From Chlorobium sp. (GTDB lineage Bacteria; Bacteroidota; Chlorobiia; Chlorobiales; Chlorobiaceae), in NCBI GenBank assembly GCA_005862225.1, contig SZXV01000006.1:18367-82366 (forward strand): a stretch of DNA of 64,000 nt, in the 5' to 3' direction. This document shows positions 1-9,287 of this stretch, one piece after another. The translations under genes and the position numbers were made by a program. Each line of letters opens with the position of its first letter. Positions within the stretch are counted from its first letter, which is position 1. The notes under the pieces are model-generated. The model did not search any database, was not told where the DNA came from, and was given only the letters and a program-made list of their open reading frames with translations.

Positions 1-4
1 AGAG

Positions 5-697
5 TCAATCGCAACAATGCTGCCCTGAAATAAGCTGCTCCTCGCTGCCGAAAATAGAGCATACAGATGCCGCAGCGGCAAGCAAGGCCGAGTAAAGCTC
101 TTTTGTCTCCTTTTTGAGATCGCCCAAAGTGCCTTTGTTGTACAGCACATAATCGGCCATTGAAATCAGTTTTTCCTGTGGCCACTGTGCGGCAATACGC
201 CGCATGATCTCTTCAGGTCGCCCCATTCCTTTCTGCACCGCTCTGTCAATTCGCTCCTGCTGATCAGCCACGACAACCACTACCGCATCAAGCACCTCGT
301 TTCCGCCAGATTCAAACAGAATTGCCGCTTCTTTTACAAGAATTTTTGTTCCCTTCTTTTCAGCATCACGCACCGCCTTGCGAAACTCAACGAAAACCTT
401 CGGATGAATGAGACGGTTCAAGGCCTCCAGTTTTTCTGGCTCAGAAAAAACTATCTGCGCTATTGTTTTTCGGTTCAGCAGCAATTGACCGGCAGCATCA
501 ATCGAATACACCGCCTCTCCAAAAAGCCTCCTGATTCCTTCAACCACTTCCTGATCATGAAGCTGCAACTCTTTTGCTACCTGATCAGACTCAAAGAGCG
601 CACAACCCATCTCCGAAAGAAAATGACAAACCATTGATTTTCCACTACCAAGACCACCCGTTACCCCAACAAGAAAAGGATACGTTCGTTTCATCAT
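5..697 (-). CDS. coaE: Dephospho-CoA kinase
   Basis: N-terminal GVTGGLGSGKS P-loop; LNRLIHPKV and EAAILFE CoaE motifs. Confidence 0.93.
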   Translation of the reverse strand: MMKRTYPFLVGVTGGLGSGKSMVCHFLSEMGCALFESDQVAKELQLHDQEVVEGIRRLFGEAVYSIDAAGQLLLNRKTIAQIVFSEPEKLEALNRLIHPKVFVEFRKAVRDAEKKGTKILVKEAAILFESGGNEVLDAVVVVVADQQERIDRAVQKGMGRPEEIMRRIAAQWPQEKLISMADYVLYNKGTLGDLKKETKELYSALLAAAASVCSIFGSEEQLISGQHCCD

Positions 698-1038
698 TGC
701 GCACCTGTTTTTTTGCGGATATTTATTCGAGCCAGCTCCAGTACCGATCTCCAGCGTTCAGAATTCCTTTTGTAGATCTCTATCTTGCGCTTCATACTTT
801 CACGGGTAAGAGCGTGACGAACCAGAAGCTCATTGATATCAGCCGAATTGAGCGCAACCAGCTCCGAACTGCCGGCAGCAGGCGCTACTCCTGAGAAAAG
901 CAGATAATCGCAATAGAATCCTGCAAAATGAATATCATCTTTGTCAAGCGCCAGCGGCTTCGAATCACTGCACCCTGTCAAGCCATGGCAAAAGATAATG
1001 CACGCAACAAAAATGTGAATGATATGCCTGAATTTCAT
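694..1038 (-). CDS. Hypothetical lipoprotein
   Basis: Signal peptide with LTGC lipobox; 4-bp overlap with coaE start. Confidence 0.7.
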   Translation of the reverse strand: MKFRHIIHIFVACIIFCHGLTGCSDSKPLALDKDDIHFAGFYCDYLLFSGVAPAAGSSELVALNSADINELLVRHALTRESMKRKIEIYKRNSERWRSVLELARINIRKKTGAQ

Positions 1039-1166
1039 GAGCGCATGAGTGAATTTGAGAAATGCAAGAAACTAAATCTGCCAAATGAAAGTTTAAACAT
1101 TTTTAATGGTATAGTAACTTTAAGTGATTAATGTATTGACTTTTTTAAACTCTAAATAATCAGTTT

Positions 1167-1772
1167 ATGGCCTATCAGCAACCTGCACTTTTATACGCAG
1201 AAAACGCACTTGAACCTTATATCTCTGCAAAAACTCTCAGTTTTCATTACGGCAAACACCATGTTGCATACATCACAAACTATAATAACCTCGTAGCTGG
1301 AACTCCTCTTGAGAGTCTGAGCATCGAAGAGGTTATTGCACTGACAGCTACAGATCCACAAAAGGTCGGTATTTTTAATAATGGTGCGCAAGCCTGGAAT
1401 CACTCATTTTACTGGAACTGCCTCACACCCAACGGCGGGGGCCTGCCATCCGGCGAACTTGGAGCCAAAATAACCAAAGATTTCGGCAGTTTTGAAAAAT
1501 TTAAAGATGAACTGAAAGCGGCGGCGGCAACACAGTTCGGCAGTGGATGGGCCTGGCTTGTGCTTGATGGTGAGACACTGAAGGTAGTAAAAACAGGTAA
1601 TGCCCAAACGCCCTCAACCAGTGGCCAGAAACCAATTCTGACTATTGATGTATGGGAACACGCCTACTACCTTGATTACCAGAATCGCCGGCCTGACTAT
1701 GTTGCATCGGTGATCGACAACCTTCTCAATTGGGAGTTTGCCTCAGAAAATTACAAAAAAGCAACGGAGTAA
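1167..1772 (+). CDS. sodB: Fe/Mn superoxide dismutase (probably Fe-type)
   Basis: HYGKHH, WNHSFYW, FGSGWAWL and DVWEHAYY motifs. Confidence 0.95.
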   Translation: MAYQQPALLYAENALEPYISAKTLSFHYGKHHVAYITNYNNLVAGTPLESLSIEEVIALTATDPQKVGIFNNGAQAWNHSFYWNCLTPNGGGLPSGELGAKITKDFGSFEKFKDELKAAAATQFGSGWAWLVLDGETLKVVKTGNAQTPSTSGQKPILTIDVWEHAYYLDYQNRRPDYVASVIDNLLNWEFASENYKKATE

Positions 1773-1798
1773 CAGAGCTGAAAGCTTGATGGCAATAC

Positions 1799-1832
1799 GG
1801 GCGATTTGTCACGGTTATTGACAATATCGCCC
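1799..1832. terminator. Hairpin between convergent sodB and DUF4292 genes
   Basis: gggcgat-ttgtca / tgacaa-tatcgccc inverted repeat. Confidence 0.55.
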
Positions 1833-1838
1833 AATCCA

Positions 1839-2693
1839 TCAGAGCCATGGCTGAAAGTCTGCATCATCAATATTGACAACCTTCGCTTTTTTCGGCATTG
1901 ATAATCTGAGAGAAGACATTTCCTTGTTAAACACCCGCTCATCGTAGGATATAACCATTTGATGTTCCCCCATTCCATCTTTACTGTTGTAGAGCAACAG
2001 ATCAATCTCTTTCGGAACAAGAACATTGTGACCATTGATAGTCAGTGACTCAAAATTCCTGAAATGCATCTCGGTGGTCGTTTTTCCCTCCAAATCCTTC
2101 AGAAGAAGTGCTGTCAGTGTCCGGTTAAACGGATCGATAACAACCTCCTTGCTTCCCGCAGAACTTGCGACCGTAAAAAGGAGCATTCCGGCGCCTTTTT
2201 TCACCGATGTGATAGCAGTTACCGGCTCTGTAATGTTGACCATCCCAAGAAGAGATTCCATCAACAACCGATATCCTGAATTCACTCCAAGAATTTTCTC
2301 AAGATTCATATCATTGTTACTGCCAAGAAAGAGTCGGTTATTCAGCATATCGTGCACGAAAAGCGAATCCCTGCTGAAAAACATATCAGCAACAGGCCAT
2401 CCTATAAAACCGGCAGTGACAATCATTCTTGACTCAACTCCACGATTGACACGAATATTGCAGAACACTCGATTCTGGCGTTTCGGCGTTTTTATCCAGA
2501 CATCAGCATAACCATCAAGCGAACGAATAAATGGCGACGCGCTGGTTACTTCCTGATAAAGAGCCGCATGTTCAGCAATCAGCGCCGTCTGTTCAGCAGG
2601 GAGTTCCTGCTTGCCTACCGTCCGAAACTCCGCACATCCCCACACCAGAACAAGCATAAAGAGCACAGACAACAACACTCCACTTCGTTTCAT
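1839..2693 (-). CDS. DUF4292-like outer-membrane lipoprotein (LolA/LolB-like fold)
   Basis: Lipobox VWGC; 284 aa beta-rich protein of Bacteroidota/Chlorobiota type. Confidence 0.6.
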   Translation of the reverse strand: MKRSGVLLSVLFMLVLVWGCAEFRTVGKQELPAEQTALIAEHAALYQEVTSASPFIRSLDGYADVWIKTPKRQNRVFCNIRVNRGVESRMIVTAGFIGWPVADMFFSRDSLFVHDMLNNRLFLGSNNDMNLEKILGVNSGYRLLMESLLGMVNITEPVTAITSVKKGAGMLLFTVASSAGSKEVVIDPFNRTLTALLLKDLEGKTTTEMHFRNFESLTINGHNVLVPKEIDLLLYNSKDGMGEHQMVISYDERVFNKEMSSLRLSMPKKAKVVNIDDADFQPWL

Positions 2694-2895
2694 CCCGCAA
2701 TTCCCCTGAAATTATTTCCTTTGAGATTCAGCTCTTTTGCTGCACATTGCAACAGATACGTTGAGCACCGCGTTTAATATATTATGACTGAAAATACCCT
2801 CTTCTCACAAAGAGAGCAACTCTGTATTATACCATCATACGTTATATTTAAGGCAAAATACAGAGCTATCAAAACCACAACACGTTATTAAAAAC

Positions 2896-4077
2896 ATGCA
2901 CTCCCTCTACCTTAAGCCAAAAGAGCACCATCGGATCCAGAAAGGCCATCTCTGGGTGTTCAGCAACGAACTTGCAAGCCTTCCCAGAGATATTGCTTCC
3001 GGCGAAACTGTACAACTCTTTACCCACGACAAGAAATTACTCGGAACCGGCTTTTACAACCCCCACTCGCTCATCTCTGTCAGACTTCTTACACGTACGG
3101 ATGAAGAACCTGACAAGAATTTTTTCCGCAAAAAGTTTCTTGAAGCGCTCGCATTGCGTGAAAAAATCTACAACAATGAGGAGACCAACGCCTGGCGCCT
3201 TGTTCATGGAGAGTCGGACGGACTTCCCGGCCTTATTGTTGACCGATTTAACAAGGCGGTCGTGCTTCAGGCTTTTTCGGCCGGTATGGACATTCATCTG
3301 CCACTTGTCTGCGATGTTCTGCAGGAGCTGCTTGACCCTTCAATTATCATTGTGCGCAATGAATCGCCCTTGAGAGAACTCGAAGGGCTGACTCTTCATA
3401 AAGAAATTGTAAGAGGAAAAGCATCAGAAGCGGTGCAGACCATTCATGACGCTGGCATTACGTATCAGGTGGATCTTTTTCAGGGACAGAAAACCGGTTT
3501 TTTCCTTGACCAGCGCGAGAACCGCCGTCTTATCAGGAAATTTGCCAAGGGAGCTGAAGTCCTTGACGTTTTTACCAATGATGGAGGATTTGCCCTGAAC
3601 GCCCTATACGGCGGAGCTCAATCGGCCATTCTTGTCGACGCATCCAAAGAGGCACTGCAACGGGCGGAGCACAACGCACAACTGAACAAATTTTCCGAAT
3701 ACAGTCTTGTTGCTGCCGATGCTTTTGATACGCTTGACCAGATGGTCGAGTCGAAAGAGTCATTTGATCTTGTCGTTCTTGATCCTCCAAGTTTCACCAA
3801 AAGCCGCAAAAACCTTCCCGGTGCCCTCAAAGCCTATAAAAGGCTTAACAAGCTCGGGCTGCAGCTCCTGAAAAACGGAGGGTTTCTTGCCACAGCCTCA
3901 TGCAGTCACCACGTCTCAGAAGAAGACTTCCTGCAGTCCATCCATCAGGCCGCTCTAGCTGCTGGCTGCCAGCTCAGGCTGATCCATAAAAACTCGCAAC
4001 CCTTTGACCATCCCGTCCTGCTGGCCATGCCAGAAACAAGCTACCTCAAGTTCGCCTGTTTTTATGTAACACGATGA
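2896..4077 (+). CDS. Class I SAM-dependent rRNA methyltransferase (RlmI/YccW-like)
   Basis: PUA-like N-terminus GHLWVFSNE; [14 protein letters not shown]; LDPPSF. Confidence 0.88.
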   Translation: MHSLYLKPKEHHRIQKGHLWVFSNELASLPRDIASGETVQLFTHDKKLLGTGFYNPHSLISVRLLTRTDEEPDKNFFRKKFLEALALREKIYNNEETNAWRLVHGESDGLPGLIVDRFNKAVVLQAFSAGMDIHLPLVCDVLQELLDPSIIIVRNESPLRELEGLTLHKEIVRGKASEAVQTIHDAGITYQVDLFQGQKTGFFLDQRENRRLIRKFAKGAEVLDVFTNDGGFALNALYGGAQSAILVDASKEALQRAEHNAQLNKFSEYSLVAADAFDTLDQMVESKESFDLVVLDPPSFTKSRKNLPGALKAYKRLNKLGLQLLKNGGFLATASCSHHVSEEDFLQSIHQAALAAGCQLRLIHKNSQPFDHPVLLAMPETSYLKFACFYVTR

Positions 4078-4109
4078 ACCGGGAAGCATGACAATCATTC
4101 GCCATCCGC

Positions 4110-4142
4110 GCCACATCGCAGCCTTCGGGCTGACGATGTGGC
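4110..4142. terminator. GC-rich stem-loop with cUUCGg loop between convergent genes
   Basis: gccacatcg-cagcc-ttcg-ggctg-acgatgtggc. Confidence 0.55.
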
Positions 4143-4146
4143 TGAC

Positions 4147-4320
4147 TTACTTCGAGAGTTCTGAAATAGCTGCTCGCAGATAGTCCGCAGCCTCATCAAG
4201 AATTTTTATCGCCTGACGAATTTCATAATCGTCATCAGCATCATCTTTAGCCCTTTCCATACGCCTTTTGGCATCCTGAACAGCATCAGCAGCAAGCTGA
4301 AGTTTTGAGGTAATCGCCAT
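4147..4320 (-). CDS. Small helical hypothetical protein (57 aa)
   Basis: ATG at 4320 (MAITSKLQ) preceded by an AAGGAGAG SD-like site; amphipathic helical sequence. Confidence 0.7.
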   Translation of the reverse strand: MAITSKLQLAADAVQDAKRRMERAKDDADDDYEIRQAIKILDEAADYLRAAISELSK

Positions 4321-4468
4321 AACACTCTCCTTTTCTTGATTATGATGTTCCGTAATCATAACTCTAATGTACCACCGATTGAGGATAATTGATAACGCCA
4401 TTTATCAAAAACTTCCATTGAATGCTGGCACAATCAGACATCAGAACCCTGCTATTGCAGAGGATTCA

Positions 4469-4888
4469 TCAGTTCCCTGACTCCTTGCCAAACGAAGATA
4501 AAACCATAATTTTTGCGGCGCTGATAACATCGGCCACTCCACCGGGAATATCGCCTTCGGAGAATTTTGCGGTTGCTCGGGCAGAATATGCCGTTGCGGA
4601 TTTTGGATTCAATTCAATAGCCTTCGAAAGATCACTAATGGCGCCCTTGTTATCTCCGGAAGCATATTTAACTGCGGCTCGACCTACATAGACCTTCGCT
4701 GAAGTGGAGTCAAGTTTTATTGCTTTTGAAAACTCGGCAATTGAACCCTCAACAGCGCCACTGCCAATCTTTGCTCCAGTACTCAGTAAACTGTTTTTTG
4801 ACTCATCTGAAGCGTTGTTGCAAGCTGAAACAGTCATACCCATGAGAGCAATAAACGAAAAGGAGAGTATTCTTAATGCTTTTTTCAC
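4469..4888 (-). CDS. TPR-repeat lipoprotein
   Basis: Lipobox VSAC; AIAEFSKAIKLD and AISDLSKAIELNP TPR units. Confidence 0.8.
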   Translation of the reverse strand: MKKALRILSFSFIALMGMTVSACNNASDESKNSLLSTGAKIGSGAVEGSIAEFSKAIKLDSTSAKVYVGRAAVKYASGDNKGAISDLSKAIELNPKSATAYSARATAKFSEGDIPGGVADVISAAKIMVLSSFGKESGN

Positions 4889-4897
4889 TGACGACCT

Positions 4898-5899
4898 CTA
4901 TTTTATGATAGTTAATGACGCGTTGTGCTTGTGATTATTCGAAATATTCTCCACTGTCCACTCTACTCTTCGCCTGCATTCTGCTTTACGAACAGCACAG
5001 CCCTCTTTTTGACATATTTCACACGAGAAGTCAAGACATCCATCAGTATGAACAGATAATTCAATATTCTCACCAAAATTTTCGTTGACCAGTCTACTGA
5101 GTTTGTCGATTTCCCGATGAGCTTCGTGAACATTGAGGTACCATGGAACCGTCAGATGGCAGTCAAGATGGAGAGTACTGCCATATTTGATAATGCGCAT
5201 ATTGTGCAGATCAATCCACTCCGGAGTACGATGAGCCTCCAATAAATTGACCATTTTTTTCAGTAGCTCTTCATCAGCTTCATCCATAATTCCTCGAAGA
5301 GAATCTCGGATAATCTTGTATCCAGTATAAACAATGAGCAGGGCAAAGATCAGCGCAACAACACTGTCCAGCCAAAGCATTCTGGTAAAAAACAAAAGAA
5401 TCAGTCCGAGAATGATACCAATCGTCGAGTATGTGTCTGACTGGAGATGTTTGCCGCTGGCAACAAGGGCAAGAGAGTTGTTTTTCCGTCCTTTTTTAAC
5501 AGCAAGAGCGCCAACAACATAATTGATTATAGCGGTAGCCGTTATCAAGAGGATACCATAATCAAGCTGGCCGATCGGCTGGGGATTTCCAAGATTTTTG
5601 ATCGCCTCATAAATAATGAGCAGACCGGCGCATGCAATCAATGTCCCCTCAATTGCCGCCGAAATAAACTCAACCTTCCCATGACCGTAAGGATGGTGAG
5701 TATCTTTTGGCTTTGCAGAGATATAAAGGCTGTACAACCCTATAAATGCACTGGTGACATTAACCGTACTTTCCAGTGCATCGGTAAGAATGGCGACTGA
5801 ATTGGTAAGATACCATGCCCCCATTTTGATGAGAAAAAGCAAAACACCGGTAACCGCGACAATCTTCTGGAAATTAAAGTTTTGTTTTGCTGTTGTCAT
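4898..5899 (-). CDS. Cation diffusion facilitator (FieF-like) transporter
   Basis: SVAILTDALES, HPYGHGKVE, HLQSD motifs; 6 TM segments plus C-terminal domain. Confidence 0.9.
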   Translation of the reverse strand: MTTAKQNFNFQKIVAVTGVLLFLIKMGAWYLTNSVAILTDALESTVNVTSAFIGLYSLYISAKPKDTHHPYGHGKVEFISAAIEGTLIACAGLLIIYEAIKNLGNPQPIGQLDYGILLITATAIINYVVGALAVKKGRKNNSLALVASGKHLQSDTYSTIGIILGLILLFFTRMLWLDSVVALIFALLIVYTGYKIIRDSLRGIMDEADEELLKKMVNLLEAHRTPEWIDLHNMRIIKYGSTLHLDCHLTVPWYLNVHEAHREIDKLSRLVNENFGENIELSVHTDGCLDFSCEICQKEGCAVRKAECRRRVEWTVENISNNHKHNASLTIIK

Positions 5900-5938
5900 G
5901 AATGCGACATGGTATTTTGAAACATAGAAGTATCTCTT

Positions 5939-6229
5939 TTAATCAAACAATTCACCAAGAAATCCAAGTGCCCCTCCTTTTCTCTTTCTGCGTCCTGTTT
6001 TCGGGTCAATATAATAATCGTGATCATCATCATGGTGGCCGTGATGTGACTCCTCTTTACGATATTCCTGAGCATAACCCGCAGTGCGCGCTTGAGGAGT
6101 AGCACGTTCAATGATTTTATCAAGCTCACCCCGGTCAAGCCATACCCCCCGGCATGATGGGCAATAGTCAATTTCAATACCCTGACGCTCAGAAAGAAGC
6201 AGATCGACATTACAGGCGGGACATTTCAT
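5939..6229 (-). CDS. zf-TFIIB zinc-ribbon protein with His-rich tail
   Basis: CPAC...IDYCPSCRGVWLDRGELDKII. Confidence 0.85.
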   Translation of the reverse strand: MKCPACNVDLLLSERQGIEIDYCPSCRGVWLDRGELDKIIERATPQARTAGYAQEYRKEESHHGHHDDDHDYYIDPKTGRRKRKGGALGFLGELFD

Positions 6230-6478
6230 GACAGATTACTGATTGATGGTGATGTGAACTAAATTTTACTGTTTCTAACTTTTTTATGTTTTTCAAAATA
6301 CCGACACTTTTCTTAAAAAAGTCTGAAGCCCAGCTTAAAAATGCTTAAAAAACACACATGCTCGCTCAAGGAATAGTCCTTTCCTCTGGTTTCCCTATTG
6401 CGACGACAGGATCAACATAAAGGACAATCGTCATCAACTCTTGATTGACTTGAATCCCAAGCCTAAAAAAAATATAAC

Positions 6479-6516
6479 TGAACACCTTTTCGTTCTTCAG
6501 ACAAAAAAGGTGTTCA
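6479..6516 (-). terminator. Probable rho-independent terminator after ompH
   Basis: tgaacacctttt / aaaaggtgttca stem, followed on the minus strand by a T-rich tract. Confidence 0.65.
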
Positions 6517-6546
6517 ATCTCACCAAAATATTCAGCTAATGATAAA

Positions 6547-7098
6547 TTACTTGATATTCAACTGATTCATTACCTTATATGTCAGATCATATTCTGGAGT
6601 CACATAGAGGGAAATATTTTTTTCAAGAACAATTTCAAACCCTTCTTGTCGAGCGATAGATTCTATAGCTCCTAAAACTTTCTTACGAATAGGAGCAAGC
6701 AGTTCCTGCTGCTTCTTCTCAACAACACCACCCGGGCCAAATTTATCCTGATTGTATTTCTGAAGACTCTGAGCAGTCAGGGCAAGTTCCTTTTCTTTCT
6801 GATCTCGTGCGGTTTTTTTCATAGACGCAAAATGCTGGCGATAAGCAGCGGAAGACTGCTGATAATCCTGATTCAGACGTTCAAGCTCCTGCTGCAAAGG
6901 AGCAACAGTTCCCTGCAATAATGCTTCAGCTTGCTTTGTTTCAGGAAGACGCTGCAGAATTGAGCCGGAATCTACAACACCAACTTTTTGGGTGGTGCTT
7001 GTTGCGGCAAATGATTGAGGAGCTGTCAGCATAATGCTCAGAACGGCCAGCATAACAATACGACCAGACGCTTTCTTCAAGACTTTTGAATGATTCAT
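6547..7098 (-). CDS. OmpH/Skp periplasmic chaperone
   Basis: Signal peptide, KVGVVDS start, coiled coil, YDLTYKV end. Confidence 0.88.
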   Translation of the reverse strand: MNHSKVLKKASGRIVMLAVLSIMLTAPQSFAATSTTQKVGVVDSGSILQRLPETKQAEALLQGTVAPLQQELERLNQDYQQSSAAYRQHFASMKKTARDQKEKELALTAQSLQKYNQDKFGPGGVVEKKQQELLAPIRKKVLGAIESIARQEGFEIVLEKNISLYVTPEYDLTYKVMNQLNIK

Positions 7099-7175
7099 TG
7101 GTTTAATTATTTAAGTAATTAATAGTTTATCCTTTTGAAATCCATGTAAAAAAAAGGTTTAAGGTGCCTGAAATC

Positions 7176-7749
7176 TTAAAAGCCAAGCCAGGCAATCAAC
7201 CCAAAATAAACCCCACAAACAGCACAAGTCAAACTTGCATAAACCAGCCATCTGCGACGTGTCAGAAGGGCCATTGCTGCGATTGAAATAGCAATCTGCA
7301 TCGTTGTCATTCCCGTAGCCCAACGATGATGTGCTTGCATAAACTTTTCTGAACGCACATCAGCCTCATAGGCCATTTTATCAAGATTTTCAGCCTTTTT
7401 CTGGATCTCTATTTTTTCTGAGCTGTATCTCAAGACATTTGTTTTACTCTCCTCTTGATCTCTGCCTTTGGTCAACCTGGCAGCAAGTTCGGATATGTTT
7501 TGCTTATTGCTTTTTGCTTTTTGCTTGATAATAATTCCACTGATTCGACGATTCGGTTTTTTTTATTGATGCTTCGTTTTTCAAAATAATAGCCTCGCCC
7601 AAAGTAAGGCTGGCTTCGTAAGACAGCAGGGCACCAAGAGTAGCCATAATCGCAGTCAGAACCGCAAGCCGGTTATTAAATCCTTGACTTGCTTTCTCCC
7701 CTTCCAATGCTTCTTCGTGAGGTCCTTTGACTTCGAATTCTTCAATCAT
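7176..7749 (-). pseudogene. DUF4337-like membrane protein frameshifted by a 7-bp tandem duplication
   Basis: ORFs 7504-7749 and 7176-7475 are out of frame. Removing one AAAAAGC copy (7509-7522) gives a 567-nt ORF reading WNYYQAKSNKQNISEL. Confidence 0.8.
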
Positions 7750-7929
7750 AGGGTTACTATTCTATTGTTCATTGAACAAGTACAAAAAATAATCGCGGTA
7801 AAAGCTCAAGAAAAAATGCTGATAATGGTACAGAACATGATATTTTTCATTTTACAGCAAACTGACGCCAATCATCTTGCAAAAAAAGTGGGCTATGGGC
7901 CGGTTTTTACATTGTAACAGAGTTATTTG

Positions 7930-8325
7930 CTATACAATTTTACAATAAATAACGGCATCTTCATCAAACGAATAGATAGCACACAAGCGATGGTATCCGT
8001 CAGCAATAACAACCTTTCCATGAACTGGATCCCTGATCAAAAGCAAGGGTGAAAGTGCTATTCCCGATTCAATTTTTTTCTGATCTTTTTGGACATGTGA
8101 GTTACTTACACCGAGCAGCGAAAGACCAGAAGCTCTGAAAATATCTTTTGCCTTGAATTCAGATATTGACGCACGTTTTAATTTCTTTATGTGCGATTTT
8201 ATAGAAGATTCATCATAGATCAGGCTTAAATAGGATTTTGCTGCAGGATAATCATGATCTTCTGCATCCTTCAACCACTTAATGTCCAGATTTGTTTTGG
8301 TCATAATTCCTCCTTTTTTTGTCAT
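7930..8325 (-). CDS. Hypothetical protein with ParB/Srx-like motif
   Basis: PLLLIRD...VVIADGYHRLCA resembles the ParB-N IxDGxHR motif. Confidence 0.6.
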   Translation of the reverse strand: MTKKGGIMTKTNLDIKWLKDAEDHDYPAAKSYLSLIYDESSIKSHIKKLKRASISEFKAKDIFRASGLSLLGVSNSHVQKDQKKIESGIALSPLLLIRDPVHGKVVIADGYHRLCAIYSFDEDAVIYCKIV

Positions 8326-8367
8326 AATTCATCTCTTCTCTATCTTTGTATAAAAAGCAATTTGGCT

Positions 8368-9150
8368 TTAAAGAGCATCAATATCAATCGTTCCTTGAGC
8401 AGCAATTGTGCCCTCGGCAGTTGGAGCTCCTTTAAGAATCCATTCAAACAGAACGCCAATCAAGGCTCCACACAATGGCCCGGCAATGTAAATCCACGTG
8501 GTGCTGAAATCGCCTCGAAACAAGTCAGGAGCAAATGACCTCACCGGATTCATTGATGCTCCGCTGATCGGCGATGCCCACAGACCTGCCATGATAATAT
8601 AACCGGCAACAGCAATTGAACCGTTTGTGCCGATATTACGGGCACCAGAGGCCGTACCAAGAATCGTATTTACCAGTCCTGTCGTCAGTACAATTTCTAT
8701 TGCGAACGCCTTCAAGTCACCGAATCTCGCACCCGGAATCGTCGCACCAAGATGACCGGCAGTACCGAAAAGCGATTGAAGTAAATAAACTGCGATTATA
8801 GATCCGGCGATTTGTGCGGCAAGATATGCAGGCACCCTTTTCTATGGAAAGTTACGTCGCACGGCAAATGCAAGAGTTACTGCTGGATTCAGGTGAGCCC
8901 CGCTTACTGTTCCCATAAAATAGATTATGGCCATGACCATAAGTCCCGGTGCAACAACTGTCATGGCATGAGTGACTTCACCAGAACTCACTGCTGCAAC
9001 AACCCCGCCGCCTGCTGCGGTGAGAACAAGAAGAAATGTTCCCCAGAGTTCCGCAAAAATCCGACGCCATTCTAACGAAGGATCAAGAAAATCCGGTGCT
9101 GTCTGCCCGTGAATCATACGGTTCTGCTGGGTATTATGAAATACACTCAT
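8368..9150 (-). pseudogene. Aquaporin (MIP family) with one in-frame TAG
   Basis: HLNPAVT and SMNPVRS NPA-type motifs lie in two same-frame ORFs separated by TAG at 8842-8844 (FP*KRVP; W expected). Confidence 0.85.
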
Positions 9151-9287
9151 GTAAACCTTGTTTTAAATTTCCAAAAAAAACTCTAATCATCAATAACCCA
9201 GATCTTGAAAACGATCTCTGCTCCCGTAAATTATTGAGTAAATACGAAAATTTAAGCTGATCGGTTGAGTTCCCCTCTCCATATTGG

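Noticed and set aside
6230-6470. Possible metal-sensing riboswitch upstream of the zf-TFIIB/CDF genes
   Set aside because: No recognisable NiCo or yybP consensus; only the ompH terminator is supported.
8842-8844. Pyrrolysine or recoded amber in the aquaporin
   Set aside because: No pyl genes are in the window, other genes end normally at TAG, and the position expects Trp, one base from TAG.
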